Below, in pieces: positions 1 to 13,260 of a stretch of DNA of 64,000 nucleotides. Each line of letters begins with the position of its first letter. The first letter of the stretch is position 1. Under the pieces are notes generated by a model, which worked only from the letters and a program-made list of their open reading frames with translations, was not told the origin of the DNA and made no database searches. The DNA lies in assembly GCF_058153355.1 (NCBI RefSeq), contig NZ_CM177019.1. One strand, written 5' to 3'. The position numbers were made by a program, and so were the translations under genes.

Positions 1-128
<128 letters not shown>

Positions 129-148
129 TCTCGATTGATATCGAACAA

Positions 149-170
149 AGGGCCTGCGGGCCCTTTTTTC
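149..170 (+). terminator. Rho-independent terminator after ompC
   Basis: GC hairpin agggcc-tgcg-ggccc followed by a T-run (ttttttc). Confidence 0.7.
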
Positions 171-239
171 ATTGTTTTCAGCGTACAAACACAGTTTTTT
201 GGTGTACTCTTGCGACCGTTCGCATGAGGATAATCACGT

Positions 240-1295
240 ATGGAAATAAGCTTTACCCGCGTGGCACTGCTGGCTGCCGCGCTCTTCTTTGTTGGTTGCG
301 ATCAAAAACCACAACCCGCCAAAACCCACGCTATTGAAGTTACCGTTCTCGAAGGCAAAACCATGGGTACCTTCTGGCGTGCCAGCATTCCGGGCATTGA
401 CGCCAAACGCAGTGCCGAACTTAAAGAAAAGATTCAGACCCAGCTGGACGCTGACGATCAGCTGCTTTCGACCTATAAAAAAGATTCCGCGCTGATGCGC
501 TTTAACGACTCGCAAAGTTTGTCGCCGTGGCCGGTAAGTGAAGCGATGGCCGATATCGTCACCACCTCGCTGCGCATTGGCGCAAGGACCGATGGTGCGA
601 TGGATATAACCGTCGGGCCGCTGGTGAATCTGTGGGGCTTTGGCCCGGAACAACAACCGGTTCAAATTCCGAGCCAGGAACAGATCGATGCGATGAAAGC
701 CAAAACCGGCTTACAGCACCTGACGGTCATTAATCAGTCGCATCAGCAATATCTGCAAAAAGACCTGCCGGATTTATATGTCGATCTCTCCACTGTCGGC
801 GAAGGCTATGCGGCGGATCATCTGGCACGCTTGATGGAGCTGGAAGGGATTTCCCGCTATCTGGTGTCGGTGGGCGGCGCGCTGAACAGCCGTGGTATGA
901 ACGGTGAAGGCCAGCCGTGGCGGGTAGCGATTCAAAAACCAACTGATAAAGAAAACGCGGTTCAGGCCGTGGTGGATATCAACGGTCATGGCATTAGCAC
1001 CTCTGGCAGCTACCGTAACTATTACGAACTGGACGGCAAACGTCTTTCCCATGTTATCGATCCGCAAACCGGGCGTCCCATCGAACACAATCTGGTATCC
1101 GTGACGGTGATTGCCCCGACGGCGCTGGAAGCCGACGCCTGGGATACTGGCTTAATGGTACTCGGGCCGGAGAAAGCCAAAGAGGTTGTTCGCCGGGAAG
1201 GGCTGGCGGTTTATATGATCACCAAAGAGGGCGATAGCTTTAAAACCTGGATGTCGCCACAGTTTAAAAGCTTCCTTATCAGCGAAAAAAATTAA
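240..1295 (+). CDS. apbE: FAD:protein FMN transferase (ApbE/Ftp family lipoprotein)
   Basis: 351-aa ORF; N-terminal signal peptide with lipobox LFFVGC; length and position match apbE downstream of ompC. Confidence 0.9.
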   Translation: MEISFTRVALLAAALFFVGCDQKPQPAKTHAIEVTVLEGKTMGTFWRASIPGIDAKRSAELKEKIQTQLDADDQLLSTYKKDSALMRFNDSQSLSPWPVSEAMADIVTTSLRIGARTDGAMDITVGPLVNLWGFGPEQQPVQIPSQEQIDAMKAKTGLQHLTVINQSHQQYLQKDLPDLYVDLSTVGEGYAADHLARLMELEGISRYLVSVGGALNSRGMNGEGQPWRVAIQKPTDKENAVQAVVDINGHGISTSGSYRNYYELDGKRLSHVIDPQTGRPIEHNLVSVTVIAPTALEADAWDTGLMVLGPEKAKEVVRREGLAVYMITKEGDSFKTWMSPQFKSFLISEKN

Positions 1296-1368
1296 AGCGC
1301 AAGATTGTTGGTTTTTGCGTGATGGTGACCGGGCAGACTAAAGGCTATCCTTAACCAGGGAGCTGATT

Positions 1369-2433
1369 ATGAAAAACGCCACATGCTTAACTGACGATCA
1401 ACGCTGGCAATCTGTCTTAGCCCGCGACCCGAACGCCGACGGCGAATTCGTTTTCGCCGTGCGCACCACGGGTATCTTTTGCCGTCCGTCTTGCCGCGCC
1501 AGACATGCCTTGCGGGAAAATGTCTCCTTCTACGCAAATGCCAGCGAGGCACTCGCCGCCGGATTTCGCCCCTGCAAACGTTGTCAGCCAGACAAAGCCA
1601 ATCCCCGGCAACATCGCCTTGATAAAATTACCCACGCCTGCCGACTTCTGGAACAGGAAACGCCTGTAACGCTGGAAACCTTAGCCGACCAGGTGGCGAT
1701 GAGCCCGTTCCATCTGCATCGGTTGTTTAAAGCGACTACCGGAATGACGCCTAAAGCCTGGCAACAGGCCTGGCGCGCTCGCCGTTTGCGTGAATCGCTG
1801 GCGAAAGGGGAGAGCGTGACGACGTCTATTCTTAACGCCGGATTCCCCGACAGCAGCAGTTACTACCGCAAAGCTGACGAAACGCTGGGCATGACGGCTA
1901 AACAATTCCGTCATGGTGGCGAAAATCTGGCGGTGCGTTACGCGCTGGCTGATTGTGAGCTGGGCCGTTGCCTGGTGGCAGAAAGCGAGCGGGGGATTTG
2001 CGCGATATTGCTGGGCGATGATGACGCGACGCTAATCAGCGAGTTGCAGCAGATGTTTCCCGCTGCCGACAACGCGCCTGCCGATCTGCCGTTTCAGCAA
2101 CATGTGCGTGAAGTGATCGCCAGCCTCAATCAACGCGATACGCCGCTGACGTTACCGCTGGACATTCGCGGCACTGCTTTTCAGCAACAAGTCTGGCAGG
2201 CACTGCGCACGATACCTTGTGGTGAAACCGTCAGTTATCAGCAACTGGCGAACGCCATCGGCAAACCGAAAGCGGTACGGGCCGTTGCCAGCGCCTGTGC
2301 AGCCAACAAGCTCGCTATCGTAATACCCTGTCATCGGGTAGTCCGTGGTGATGGCACACTTTCCGGTTACCGCTGGGGCGTGTCGCGCAAAGCGCAACTG
2401 CTGCGCCGTGAAGCTGAAAATGAGGAGAGGTAA
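1369..2433 (+). CDS. ada: Bifunctional transcriptional regulator / O6-methylguanine-DNA methyltransferase Ada
   Basis: 354-aa ORF; N-terminal Cys cluster (CRPSCRA...CKRCQP), AraC-type HTH region, C-terminal PCHRV methyl-acceptor motif. Confidence 0.93.
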   Translation: MKNATCLTDDQRWQSVLARDPNADGEFVFAVRTTGIFCRPSCRARHALRENVSFYANASEALAAGFRPCKRCQPDKANPRQHRLDKITHACRLLEQETPVTLETLADQVAMSPFHLHRLFKATTGMTPKAWQQAWRARRLRESLAKGESVTTSILNAGFPDSSSYYRKADETLGMTAKQFRHGGENLAVRYALADCELGRCLVAESERGICAILLGDDDATLISELQQMFPAADNAPADLPFQQHVREVIASLNQRDTPLTLPLDIRGTAFQQQVWQALRTIPCGETVSYQQLANAIGKPKAVRAVASACAANKLAIVIPCHRVVRGDGTLSGYRWGVSRKAQLLRREAENEER

Positions 2434-3083
2434 TGTTGGATCTGTTTGCCGATGCTGAACCGTGGCAAGAACCACTGGCGGCTGGAGCGGTGATTTTGCG
2501 CCGTTTTGCTTTTAACGTTGCGGAACAACTGATCCGCGATATTAATGACGTTGCCAGCCAGTCGCCGTTTCGCCAGATGGTCACCCCCGGGGGATATACC
2601 ATGTCGGTGGCAATGACCAACTGTGGGCATCTGGGCTGGACGACCAATCGGCAAGGTTATCTCTATTCGCCCATTGATCCGCAAACAAATAAACCGTGGC
2701 CCGCCATGCCGCAGAGTTTTCATAATTTATGTCAACGTGCGGCGACGGCGGCGGGCTATCCAGATTTCCAGCCAGATGCTTGTCTTATCAACCGCTACGC
2801 TCCTGGCGCGAAACTGTCGCTGCATCAGGATAAAGACGAACCGGATCTGCGCGCGCCGATTGTTTCTGTTTCTCTGGGCTTACCCGCGATTTTTCAATTT
2901 GGTGGCCTGAAACGAAATGATCCGCTCAAACGTTTATTGCTGGAACATGGCGATGTGGTGGTATGGGGCGGTGAATCGCGGCTGTTTTATCACGGCATTC
3001 AACCGTTGAAAGCGGGCTTTCATCCACTCACCGCCGACTGCCGCTACAACCTGACATTCCGTCAGGCAGGTAAAAAAGAATAA
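2433..3083 (+). CDS. alkB: Fe(II)/2-oxoglutarate-dependent DNA/RNA demethylase AlkB
   Basis: 216-aa ORF; start overlaps the ada stop (taATG), the classic ada-alkB operon arrangement; HQDKDE...H motif. Confidence 0.93.
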   Translation: MLDLFADAEPWQEPLAAGAVILRRFAFNVAEQLIRDINDVASQSPFRQMVTPGGYTMSVAMTNCGHLGWTTNRQGYLYSPIDPQTNKPWPAMPQSFHNLCQRAATAAGYPDFQPDACLINRYAPGAKLSLHQDKDEPDLRAPIVSVSLGLPAIFQFGGLKRNDPLKRLLLEHGDVVVWGGESRLFYHGIQPLKAGFHPLTADCRYNLTFRQAGKKE

Positions 3084-3158
3084 AAATAAGAATTATTATT
3101 GCTGTGCGCGCGGAGATGTTTAAACTGCGGGCTGTAATTCATTGTCCGGGTTTTCTGC

Positions 3159-4802
3159 ATGGAACTTCTTGTACTTGTCTGGCGGCAGTATCGCTGGCCA
3201 TTTATCAGTGTGATGGCGCTAAGCCTCGCCAGTGCGGCATTAGGCATTGGCTTAATTGCTTTTATCAATCAGCGCCTTATCGAAATGGCGGATACCAGTC
3301 TGCTGGTATTGCCAGAATTTCTGGGTTTATTGCTGCTGTTGATGGCCGTCACTCTCGGATCGCAACTGGCGCTCACCACTTTGGGGCATCACTTCGTTTA
3401 CCGACTGCGTAGTGAATTTATCAAGCGGATTCTGGATACCCATGTCGAGCGCATTGAACAACTTGGTAGCGCCTCGTTGTTGGCGGGGTTAACCAGCGAT
3501 GTGCGCAATGTCACCATTGCTTTTGTGCGTCTGCCGGAACTGGTGCAGGGGATCATTCTCACTATCGGTTCCGCGGCGTATTTGTGGATGCTATCGGGCA
3601 AAATGTTGCTGGTAACGGCTATCTGGATGGCAGTCACCATCTGGGGTGGTTTTGTGCTGGTGGCGCGGGTGTACAAACATATGGCGACCCTGCGTGAAAC
3701 CGAAGATAAGCTGTACACGGATTTTCAAACCGTACTCGAAGGGCGCAAAGAGCTGACTCTGAACCGTGAACGCGCCGAGTATGTGTTTAACAACCTCTAC
3801 ATTCCTGATGCGCAAGAGTATCGCCATCATATTATCCGCGCAGACACCTTCCATCTTAGTGCTGTGAACTGGTCAAACATCATGATGCTGGGCGCAATCG
3901 GTCTGGTGTTCTGGATGGCGAACAGTCTCGGTTGGGCTGATACCAACGTTGCCGCGACCTATTCGTTGACGCTGTTATTCCTGCGTACGCCGCTGCTTTC
4001 GGCGGTTGGCGCATTACCGACGCTGCTGACGGCGCAGGTGGCGTTTAACAAGCTGAACAAATTCGCACTCGCGCCTTTCAAAGCAGAGTTTCCGCGTCCG
4101 CAGACGTTTCCCAACTGGCAAACGCTGGAGCTGCGCAATGTTACGTTTGCTTATCAGGATAACGCGTTTTCCGTTGGGCCGATTAACCTCACCATTAAAC
4201 GTGGCGAACTGCTGTTTCTGATTGGCGGCAACGGTAGCGGAAAATCAACACTGGCCATGTTGCTGACGGGCTTGTATCAACCACAAAGCGGCGAAATTTT
4301 GCTGGATGGCAAACCTGTCAGCGGCGAACAACCGGAAGATTATCGCAAACTGTTTTCGGCAGTGTTTACCGATGTCTGGTTGTTTGATCAACTGCTGGGG
4401 CCGGAGGGGAAACCTGCTAACCCGCAACTGGTTGAGAAGTGGCTGGCGCAGCTGAAAATGGCTCATAAGCTTGAGTTAAGCAACGGGCGTATTGTTAACC
4501 TGAAGTTATCAAAAGGGCAGAAAAAACGCGTGGCGCTGTTGCTGGCGCTGGCAGAAGAACGCGATATTATCCTGTTGGATGAATGGGCGGCAGATCAGGA
4601 CCCTCACTTCCGCCGTGAGTTTTATCAGGTGCTGCTGCCGCTGATGCAGGAGATGGGTAAAACGATTTTCGCCATCAGTCATGATGATCATTACTTTATC
4701 CACGCCGACCGTCTGCTGGAAATGCGCAACGGGCAACTTAGCGAGCTGAAGGGCGAAGAGCGCGATGCTGCTTCGCGTGATGCCGTTGCCCGGACGGCAT
4801 AA
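3159..4802 (+). CDS. yojI: Fused ABC transporter permease/ATPase (microcin J25 efflux type)
   Basis: 547-aa ORF; N-terminal TM region, Walker [13 protein letters not shown] signature LSKGQKKR, Walker B ILLDE. Confidence 0.88.
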   Translation: MELLVLVWRQYRWPFISVMALSLASAALGIGLIAFINQRLIEMADTSLLVLPEFLGLLLLLMAVTLGSQLALTTLGHHFVYRLRSEFIKRILDTHVERIEQLGSASLLAGLTSDVRNVTIAFVRLPELVQGIILTIGSAAYLWMLSGKMLLVTAIWMAVTIWGGFVLVARVYKHMATLRETEDKLYTDFQTVLEGRKELTLNRERAEYVFNNLYIPDAQEYRHHIIRADTFHLSAVNWSNIMMLGAIGLVFWMANSLGWADTNVAATYSLTLLFLRTPLLSAVGALPTLLTAQVAFNKLNKFALAPFKAEFPRPQTFPNWQTLELRNVTFAYQDNAFSVGPINLTIKRGELLFLIGGNGSGKSTLAMLLTGLYQPQSGEILLDGKPVSGEQPEDYRKLFSAVFTDVWLFDQLLGPEGKPANPQLVEKWLAQLKMAHKLELSNGRIVNLKLSKGQKKRVALLLALAEERDIILLDEWAADQDPHFRREFYQVLLPLMQEMGKTIFAISHDDHYFIHADRLLEMRNGQLSELKGEERDAASRDAVARTA

Positions 4803-5007
4803 TATTTCGACGCTGACCTGGCGGACTGCTGCCGCCAGGTCAATATTCTAAAAAACCCTTCGTTTCTAATAACCCTATAATTAATCAACGAAATTATAAT
4901 ATTTCTAAAATTAGAATATAATTTATAAACATTATTTAAATGTTGTTACTTAAGTGTTACCGTTGATGCCGCGCAAATCTCACCTGCAATAAAGCGACTA
5001 AAAGTAA

Positions 5008-6666
<1,659 letters not shown>

Positions 6667-6680
6667 TGATGTGGCGTATG

Positions 6681-7132
6681 CTGATAAGACGCGTCAGCGT
6701 CGCATCAGTCAACCGGCTTGGGCGTTAGATGTCGGATGCGGCGTGACCGCCTTATCCGACCTATGGGGTGGAGCACTTCACAGCGGTGTAGGCCTGATAA
6801 GACGCGCCAGCGTCGCATCAGTCAACTGGCTTGGGCGTTAGATGTCGGATGCGGCGTGACCGCCTTATCCGACCTACGGGGTGGAGCACTTCACAGCGGT
6901 GTAGGCCTGATAAGACGCGCCAGCGTCGCATCAGGCAACCGGCTCGGGCATTAGATGTCGGATGCGGCGTGACCGCCTTATCCGACCTACGGGGTGGAGC
7001 ACTTCACAGCGGTGTAGGCCTGATAAGACGCGCCAGCGTCGCATCAGGCAACCGGCTTGGGCGTTAGATGTCGGATGCGGCGTGACCGCCTTATCCGACC
7101 TACGGGGTGCCACACTTCACGGCAGTTTAGCG
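6681..7132. repeat. Tandem array of four ~113-bp REP/BIME units in the mqo-eco intergenic region
   Basis: The motif ctgataagacgcg recurs at 6681, 6794, 6907 and 7020 (period 113 bp); each unit holds two inverted REP-like palindromes (ctgataagacgcgccagcgtcgcatcag and gatgcggcgtgaccgccttatccgacctac). Confidence 0.8.
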
Positions 7133-7615
7133 GACTACCGCGTTGTCAATTTTCTCTTCCGCCTTCCAGATGCGGTATTTCACATCTACATTGTCTGGCG
7201 TATACACCACGATCGGCAGCTTGCTGTTGTAACGCAGCATTCCAGCATCGCCCAGATACGCGGTGACAAATTTCTTCTCTTTCTTGCCATCCGGGCAGGC
7301 CATCATCGTGGAAACCGGCGAGCTAACTTTATCAAAGACGTAATAATCATAGCCCCAGCCTTCCAGCGTTTTGCTTTCCAGCTTCCCGCCGAGACGATGC
7401 AAATTGCAATCGACTTCCAGCGTCTGACCGATTAACAGTTCTACTTTCAGGGTAGATTCATCTTCTTGCGGGGTTAACTGAATCACCTGGCGCTTCATGC
7501 CTTTTTCAGCTTGTGGATAAGGCGCGATTTTTTCCAGTGGCTGGACGCTCTCTGCCGCCCAGGCGGAAGTGGTGGCGAAAGCGGCAAACAATACTGCAGG
7601 TAGAATGGTCTTCAT
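7127..7615 (-). CDS. eco: Ecotin, periplasmic serine protease inhibitor
   Basis: 162-aa product from the internal ATG ([20 protein letters not shown] signal peptide); the longer 169-aa ORF start is less likely. Confidence 0.9.
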   Translation of the reverse strand: MKTILPAVLFAAFATTSAWAAESVQPLEKIAPYPQAEKGMKRQVIQLTPQEDESTLKVELLIGQTLEVDCNLHRLGGKLESKTLEGWGYDYYVFDKVSSPVSTMMACPDGKKEKKFVTAYLGDAGMLRYNSKLPIVVYTPDNVDVKYRIWKAEEKIDNAVVR

Positions 7616-7874
7616 TTTTTTGCTTTCCTTCTTCATTTATAGGTTTTCACCGATGATGTCGCTGAAGGTTAACATATTCATCAGATTTATTAATTTGCTT
7701 TATGAATAACTTAAAGAACATTCAGACAATTTTACCTGCTCTTTTAGTGTTAAATTCTGACGAGAGAACAAACCAGTAGAAATATCTCTGGTGAATTAAT
7801 CGCTATATAAATATGTTTATAACCATTTGAAATGTGAGCAAAAGCCCGTTTTTGCCACGCTTCCCGCCACTCTT

Positions 7875-7909
7875 TTGATCCTGCTACAGGTTTTACCTCG
7901 ATCGGGGTA
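7875..7909 (+). promoter_or_regulatory. Candidate napF promoter control region: weak FNR-like half-site pair (7875-7888) and NarP/NarL 7-2-7 heptamer pair (7894-7909)
   Basis: TACCTCG-AT-CGGGGTA fits the NarL/NarP 7-2-7 consensus TACYYMT-NN-AKRRGTA; TTGATcctgCTACA lies 20 bp upstream with only a partial right half; about 115-150 bp upstream of the napF start. Confidence 0.4.
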
Positions 7910-8022
7910 TGCATCTTTGACACATCCTTTAATATCTTAGCGGCTATAAAAATGGCTTATTAATTATGCGGTTTATTTGGTCGCTCTCAATTTTCAGAGC
8001 GCGTTAATGATGGAAGGTCAAT

Positions 8023-8517
8023 GTGAAGATTGATGCATCCCGTCGGGGCATACTCACTGGTCGCTGGCGCAAAGCCAGTAACGGTATCCGTCCGCCCTGG
8101 TCCGGTGATGAATCTCATTTTCTGACCCATTGCACCCGCTGTGACGCCTGTATTAATGCTTGTGAAAACAACATTCTGCAACGCGGCGCGGGGGGCTATC
8201 CGAGCGTTAATTTCAAAAATAACGAGTGCAGCTTCTGTTATGCCTGCGCGCAAGCTTGCCCCGAATCGCTATTTTCTCCGCGCCACACCAGGGCCTGGGA
8301 TTTGCAGTTCACCATTGGGGACGCGTGCCTGGCGTATCAGTCAGTTGAATGCCGTCGCTGTCAGGATAGCTGTGAGCCAATGGCAATTATCTTTCGCCCG
8401 ACGCTCTCCGGGATCTACCAGCCGCAACTTAATAGCCAACTTTGCAACGGATGTGGAGCATGTGCAGCCAGCTGTCCGGTATCAGCCATAACTGCGGAGT
8501 ATCTCCATGCACACTAA
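8023..8517 (+). CDS. napF: Ferredoxin-type protein NapF (Fe-S, periplasmic nitrate reductase accessory)
   Basis: 164-aa ORF with several CxxCxxCxxxCP ferredoxin motifs; first gene of the nap cluster. Confidence 0.9.
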   Translation: MKIDASRRGILTGRWRKASNGIRPPWSGDESHFLTHCTRCDACINACENNILQRGAGGYPSVNFKNNECSFCYACAQACPESLFSPRHTRAWDLQFTIGDACLAYQSVECRRCQDSCEPMAIIFRPTLSGIYQPQLNSQLCNGCGACAASCPVSAITAEYLHAH

Positions 8518-8770
8518 CTGGCAAGTTTGCAGCCTGGTCGTGCAGGCCAAAAGCGAACGAATTTCAGACATCAGCACCCAACTGAACGCCTTTCCCGGCT
8601 GTGAAGTCGCTGTCAGCGACGCGCCGAGCGGTCAGTTGATTGTGGTGGTGGAAGCAGAAGACAGCGAAACGCTGATCCAAACCATTGAGTCAGTACGCAA
8701 CGTAGAGGGCGTGCTGGCGGTGTCGCTGGTTTATCACCAGCAGGAAGAGCAAGGTGAGGAAACACCATGA
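8507..8770 (+). CDS. napD: NapA chaperone NapD
   Basis: 87-aa ORF overlapping napF and napA at both ends (translational coupling). Confidence 0.9.
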   Translation: MHTNWQVCSLVVQAKSERISDISTQLNAFPGCEVAVSDAPSGQLIVVVEAEDSETLIQTIESVRNVEGVLAVSLVYHQQEEQGEETP

Positions 8771-11253
8771 AACTCAGTCGTCGTAGCTTTATGAAAGCTA
8801 ACGCCGTTGCGGCCGCTGCGGCGGCTGCCGGTCTCAGCGTGCCGGGCGTTGCCCGCGCCGTTGTTGGTCAGCAGGAAGCCATTAAATGGGATAAAGCACC
8901 ATGCCGTTTCTGCGGTACTGGTTGTGGCGTTCTGGTCGGAACGCAGCAGGGGCGTGTGGTGGCCTGTCAGGGCGACCCGGACGCACCGGTTAACCGTGGC
9001 CTGAACTGCATTAAGGGCTATTTCCTGCCCAAAATCATGTACGGTAAAGACCGTTTGACGCAGCCGCTTCTGCGTATGAAAAACGGTAAATATGACAAAG
9101 AAGGCGAGTTCACCCCAATCACCTGGGATCAAGCCTTCGATGTGATGGAAGAAAAATTCAAAACTGCCCTGAAAGAAAAAGGGCCGGAATCGATCGGTAT
9201 GTTCGGTTCTGGTCAGTGGACTATCTGGGAAGGTTATGCCGCGTCCAAGCTGTTCAAAGCGGGCTTCCGTTCGAACAACATCGACCCGAACGCGCGTCAC
9301 TGTATGGCGTCGGCGGTAGTTGGCTTTATGCGTACCTTTGGTATGGATGAGCCGATGGGCTGCTATGACGACATCGAACAGGCTGACGCGTTTGTGCTGT
9401 GGGGCGCTAACATGGCGGAGATGCACCCGATTCTCTGGTCGCGCATCACCAACCGTCGTCTCTCTAACCAGAACGTCACCGTGGCGGTGCTTTCTACCTA
9501 CCAGCATCGTAGCTTCGAGCTGGCGGATAACGGCATCATCTTTACGCCACAGTCTGACCTGGTGATCCTGAACTACATCGCCAACTATATCATTCAAAAC
9601 AACGCGATAAATCAGGACTTCTTTAGCAAACACGTTAACCTGCGCAAAGGGGCGACGGACATCGGCTACGGTTTACGTCCGACCCATCCGCTGGAAAAAG
9701 CAGCGAAGAATCCAGGTTCTGACGCTTCCGAGCCGATGAGCTTTGAAGATTACAAAGCCTTCGTTGCTGAGTATACGCTGGAAAAAACCGCTGAAATGAC
9801 CGGCGTGCCGAAAGACCAGTTAGAACAACTGGCGCAGCTGTATGCCGATCCGAACAAGAAAGTCATCTCCTACTGGACGATGGGCTTCAACCAGCATACC
9901 CGTGGCGTGTGGGCCAACAACCTGGTCTACAACCTGCACCTGCTGACTGGCAAAATTTCTCAGCCGGGTTGCGGTCCGTTCTCCCTGACCGGGCAGCCTT
10001 CCGCGTGCGGTACTGCGCGAGAAGTGGGCACCTTTGCTCACCGTCTGCCTGCGGACATGGTGGTGACCAATGAGAAACACCGTGATATCTGCGAGAAGAA
10101 GTGGAATATCCCGAGCGGCACCATTCCGGCGAAAATCGGCCTGCACGCGGTGGCACAGGACCGTGCGCTGAAAGACGGCAAACTGAATGTTTACTGGACC
10201 ATGTGTACCAACAACATGCAAGCCGGGCCGAACATTAATGAAGAGCGTATGCCGGGCTGGCGCGATCCGCGCAACTTTATCATCGTTTCCGATCCGTATC
10301 CGACAGTCAGTGCGCTGGCAGCCGACTTGATCCTGCCGACCGCAATGTGGGTAGAAAAAGAGGGTGCTTACGGTAACGCCGAACGCCGTACTCAATTCTG
10401 GCGTCAGCAGGTACAGGCACCGGGCGAAGCGAAATCGGATCTCTGGCAGTTAGTTCAGTTCTCCCGCCGCTTCAAAACTGAAGAAGTGTGGCCGGAAGAG
10501 TTGCTGGCGAAGAAACCGGAACTGCGTGGCAAAACGCTGTATGAGGTTCTGTATGCCACCCCGGAAGTGAGCAAATTCCCGGTATCCGAACTGGCAGAAG
10601 ATCAGTTGAACGATGAATCCCGCGAGCTGGGCTTCTATCTGCAAAAAGGGCTGTTCGAAGAGTATGCATGGTTTGGTCGCGGTCACGGTCACGATCTCGC
10701 GCCGTTCGATGACTACCACAAAGCGCGCGGTCTGCGCTGGCCGGTGGTTAACGGTAAAGAAACGCAGTGGCGTTATAGCGAAGGTAACGACCCGTACGTG
10801 AAAGCGGGTGAAGGCTACAAGTTCTACGGTAAACCGGATGGCAAAGCGGTGATCTTCGCACTGCCGTTCGAACCGGCGGCGGAAGCACCGGATGAAGAGT
10901 ACGATCTGTGGCTCTCTACCGGGCGTGTCCTGGAGCACTGGCACACCGGCAGTATGACTCGCCGTGTACCGGAACTGCACCGTGCCTTCCCGGAAGCGGT
11001 CCTGTTTATTCATCCGCTGGATGCGAAAGCGCGCGATCTGCGTCGTGGCGACAAAGTGAAAGTGGTTTCTCGCCGTGGCGAAGTCATCTCGATTGTTGAA
11101 ACGCGCGGTCGTAACCGTCCGCCGCAGGGCCTGGTGTATATGCCGTTCTTCGACGCCGCACAGCTGGTTAACAAACTGACGCTGGATGCGACCGATCCGC
11201 TCTCGAAAGAGACGGACTTCAAGAAGTGTGCGGTCAAACTGGAGAAGGTGTAA
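8767..11253 (+). CDS. napA: Periplasmic nitrate reductase catalytic subunit NapA (molybdoenzyme)
   Basis: 828-aa ORF; Tat signal ([19 protein letters not shown]), N-terminal 4Fe-4S Cys motif [10 protein letters not shown]. Confidence 0.95.
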   Translation: MKLSRRSFMKANAVAAAAAAAGLSVPGVARAVVGQQEAIKWDKAPCRFCGTGCGVLVGTQQGRVVACQGDPDAPVNRGLNCIKGYFLPKIMYGKDRLTQPLLRMKNGKYDKEGEFTPITWDQAFDVMEEKFKTALKEKGPESIGMFGSGQWTIWEGYAASKLFKAGFRSNNIDPNARHCMASAVVGFMRTFGMDEPMGCYDDIEQADAFVLWGANMAEMHPILWSRITNRRLSNQNVTVAVLSTYQHRSFELADNGIIFTPQSDLVILNYIANYIIQNNAINQDFFSKHVNLRKGATDIGYGLRPTHPLEKAAKNPGSDASEPMSFEDYKAFVAEYTLEKTAEMTGVPKDQLEQLAQLYADPNKKVISYWTMGFNQHTRGVWANNLVYNLHLLTGKISQPGCGPFSLTGQPSACGTAREVGTFAHRLPADMVVTNEKHRDICEKKWNIPSGTIPAKIGLHAVAQDRALKDGKLNVYWTMCTNNMQAGPNINEERMPGWRDPRNFIIVSDPYPTVSALAADLILPTAMWVEKEGAYGNAERRTQFWRQQVQAPGEAKSDLWQLVQFSRRFKTEEVWPEELLAKKPELRGKTLYEVLYATPEVSKFPVSELAEDQLNDESRELGFYLQKGLFEEYAWFGRGHGHDLAPFDDYHKARGLRWPVVNGKETQWRYSEGNDPYVKAGEGYKFYGKPDGKAVIFALPFEPAAEAPDEEYDLWLSTGRVLEHWHTGSMTRRVPELHRAFPEAVLFIHPLDAKARDLRRGDKVKVVSRRGEVISIVETRGRNRPPQGLVYMPFFDAAQLVNKLTLDATDPLSKETDFKKCAVKLEKV

Positions 11254-11259
11254 GCCATT

Positions 11260-11955
11260 ATGTCCCGGTCAGCGAAACCTCAAAATGGTCGCCGCCGCTT
11301 TCTGCGCGATGTCGTTCGCACAGCTGGCGGGCTGGCTGCCGTGGGTGTGGCGCTGGGGTTACAACAGCAAACCGCACGTGCATCTGGCGTGCGGTTGCGC
11401 CCGCCCGGAGCCATAAACGAGAACGCCTTTGCCAGTGCCTGCGTACGTTGCGGTCAGTGTGTTCAGGCTTGCCCTTACGACACCTTAAAACTGGCGACAC
11501 TGGCCTCTGGCCTGTCGGCGGGCACGCCATATTTTGTTGCACGGGATATTCCTTGCGAAATGTGTGAGGACATTTCGTGCGCCAAAGTGTGCCCGAGCGG
11601 TGCGCTGGATCGAGAGATCGAATCGATCGACGACGCGCGGATGGGGCTGGCGGTGCTGGTGGATCAGGAGAACTGCCTCAACTTTCAGGGGCTGCGCTGC
11701 GATGTTTGCTATCGCGAATGCCCGAAAATTGATGAGGCAATCACCCTGGAGCTGGAGCGTAACACGCGTACCGGTAAGCACGCCCGTTTTCTGCCGACGG
11801 TTCACAGCGACGCCTGTACCGGCTGCGGTAAGTGCGAGAAAGTGTGCGTGCTGGAACAACCCGCAATCAAGGTGTTACCGCTGTCACTGGCGAAAGGGGA
11901 GTTAGGTCACCATTACCGCTTCGGCTGGCTGGAGGGGAACAATGGCAAATCGTAA
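11260..11955 (+). CDS. napG: Ferredoxin-type protein NapG
   Basis: 231-aa ORF; Tat-like signal (RRRFLRD) and four Cys clusters. Confidence 0.9.
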   Translation: MSRSAKPQNGRRRFLRDVVRTAGGLAAVGVALGLQQQTARASGVRLRPPGAINENAFASACVRCGQCVQACPYDTLKLATLASGLSAGTPYFVARDIPCEMCEDISCAKVCPSGALDREIESIDDARMGLAVLVDQENCLNFQGLRCDVCYRECPKIDEAITLELERNTRTGKHARFLPTVHSDACTGCGKCEKVCVLEQPAIKVLPLSLAKGELGHHYRFGWLEGNNGKS

Positions 11956-12805
11956 ACGTGACGCCGGGCGCGAGGCGCTGGAGAAAAAAGGCTGGTGGCG
12001 CAGTCACCGTTGGTTAGTGTTACGTCGCCTTTGTCAGTTCTTCGTGCTGGGGATGTTTTTGAGCGGTCCGTGGTTTGGTGTGTGGATCTTGCACGGCAAC
12101 TACAGCAGTAGCCTGTTATTCGACACCGTTCCGCTGACCGATCCGCTGATGACGCTGCAAAGCCTTGCCAGCGGTCATCTGCCTGCCACGGTAGCGCTGA
12201 CAGGTGCGGTGATTATCACCGTGCTCTACGCCCTGGCAGGAAAGCGATTATTTTGCAGCTGGGTCTGCCCGCTGAACCCGATTACCGACTTAGCAAATTG
12301 GTTACGCAGACGATTTGACCTCAATCAGTCTGCGACGATCCCTCGCCACATTCGCTACGTGCTGTTGGTGATCATTCTGGTGGGATCGGCCTTAACTGGC
12401 ACGCTCATCTGGGAATGGATCAACCCCGTTTCCCTGATGGGGCGTAGCCTGGTAATGGGCTTCGGCAGCGGCGCGCTGCTTATTCTCGCGCTGTTTTTAT
12501 TTGATCTACTGGTCGTTGAACACGGCTGGTGCGGGCACATTTGTCCGGTTGGTGCACTGTATGGCGTGCTGGGTAGTAAAGGTGTGATTACCGTTGCGGC
12601 CACCGATCGGCAGAAATGTAACCGCTGTATGGATTGTTTTCATGTTTGCCCGGAACCGCATGTGCTACGTGCCCCGGTGCTGGATGAACAAAGCCCGGTG
12701 CAGGTCACCAGCCGCGATTGCATGACGTGCGGTCGCTGCGTGGATGTCTGTTCTGAGGATGTATTTACAATAACTACACGATGGAGTTCGGGAGCGAAAT
12801 CATGA
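11942..12805 (+). CDS. napH: Membrane-bound ferredoxin-type protein NapH
   Basis: 287-aa ORF; TM helices plus C-terminal Fe-S Cys motifs. Confidence 0.9.
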   Translation: MANRKRDAGREALEKKGWWRSHRWLVLRRLCQFFVLGMFLSGPWFGVWILHGNYSSSLLFDTVPLTDPLMTLQSLASGHLPATVALTGAVIITVLYALAGKRLFCSWVCPLNPITDLANWLRRRFDLNQSATIPRHIRYVLLVIILVGSALTGTLIWEWINPVSLMGRSLVMGFGSGALLILALFLFDLLVVEHGWCGHICPVGALYGVLGSKGVITVAATDRQKCNRCMDCFHVCPEPHVLRAPVLDEQSPVQVTSRDCMTCGRCVDVCSEDVFTITTRWSSGAKS

Positions 12806-13251
12806 AAAGCCATGACCTGAAGAAAGCGCTGTGTCAATGGACGGCGATGCTGGCCCTGGTGGTGAGCGGCGCGGTTTGGGCGGCTAATGGCGTCGATTTT
12901 AGCCAGTCGCCGGAAGTATCCGGGACGCAGGAAGGGGCCATTCGGATGCCAAAAGAGCAGGATCGGATGCCGCTGAACTATGTGAATCAGCCGCCAATGA
13001 TCCCGCATAGCGTTGAAGGTTATCAGGTAACGACCAATACCAACCGCTGCTTGCAGTGCCACGGTGTCGAAAGCTATCGCACCACTGGCGCGCCGCGCAT
13101 TAGTCCTACTCACTTTATGGACAGCGACGGCAAAGTGGGTGCAGAAGTGGCTCCACGTCGTTACTTCTGTCTGCAATGCCACGTGCCGCAGGCTGATACC
13201 GCGCCAATCGTGGGGAATACCTTTACCCCGTCAAAAGGTTACGGGAAATAA
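12802..13251 (+). CDS. napB: Periplasmic nitrate reductase diheme cytochrome c subunit NapB
   Basis: 149-aa product from internal ATG (MKSHDLKK...); two CxxCH heme motifs (CLQCH twice). Confidence 0.9.
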   Translation: MKSHDLKKALCQWTAMLALVVSGAVWAANGVDFSQSPEVSGTQEGAIRMPKEQDRMPLNYVNQPPMIPHSVEGYQVTTNTNRCLQCHGVESYRTTGAPRISPTHFMDSDGKVGAEVAPRRYFCLQCHVPQADTAPIVGNTFTPSKGYGK

Positions 13252-13260
13252 GAGGTTATT

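Noticed and set aside
234-665. 143-aa minus-strand ORF
   Set aside because: Fully antisense to apbE, which has signal peptide, lipobox and correct length; typical GC-rich antisense open frame.
8734-9633. 299-aa minus-strand ORF (also 9820-10395 and 10450-11013)
   Set aside because: Antisense within napA; the Arg/His-rich composition is typical of out-of-frame translation of a GC-rich gene.
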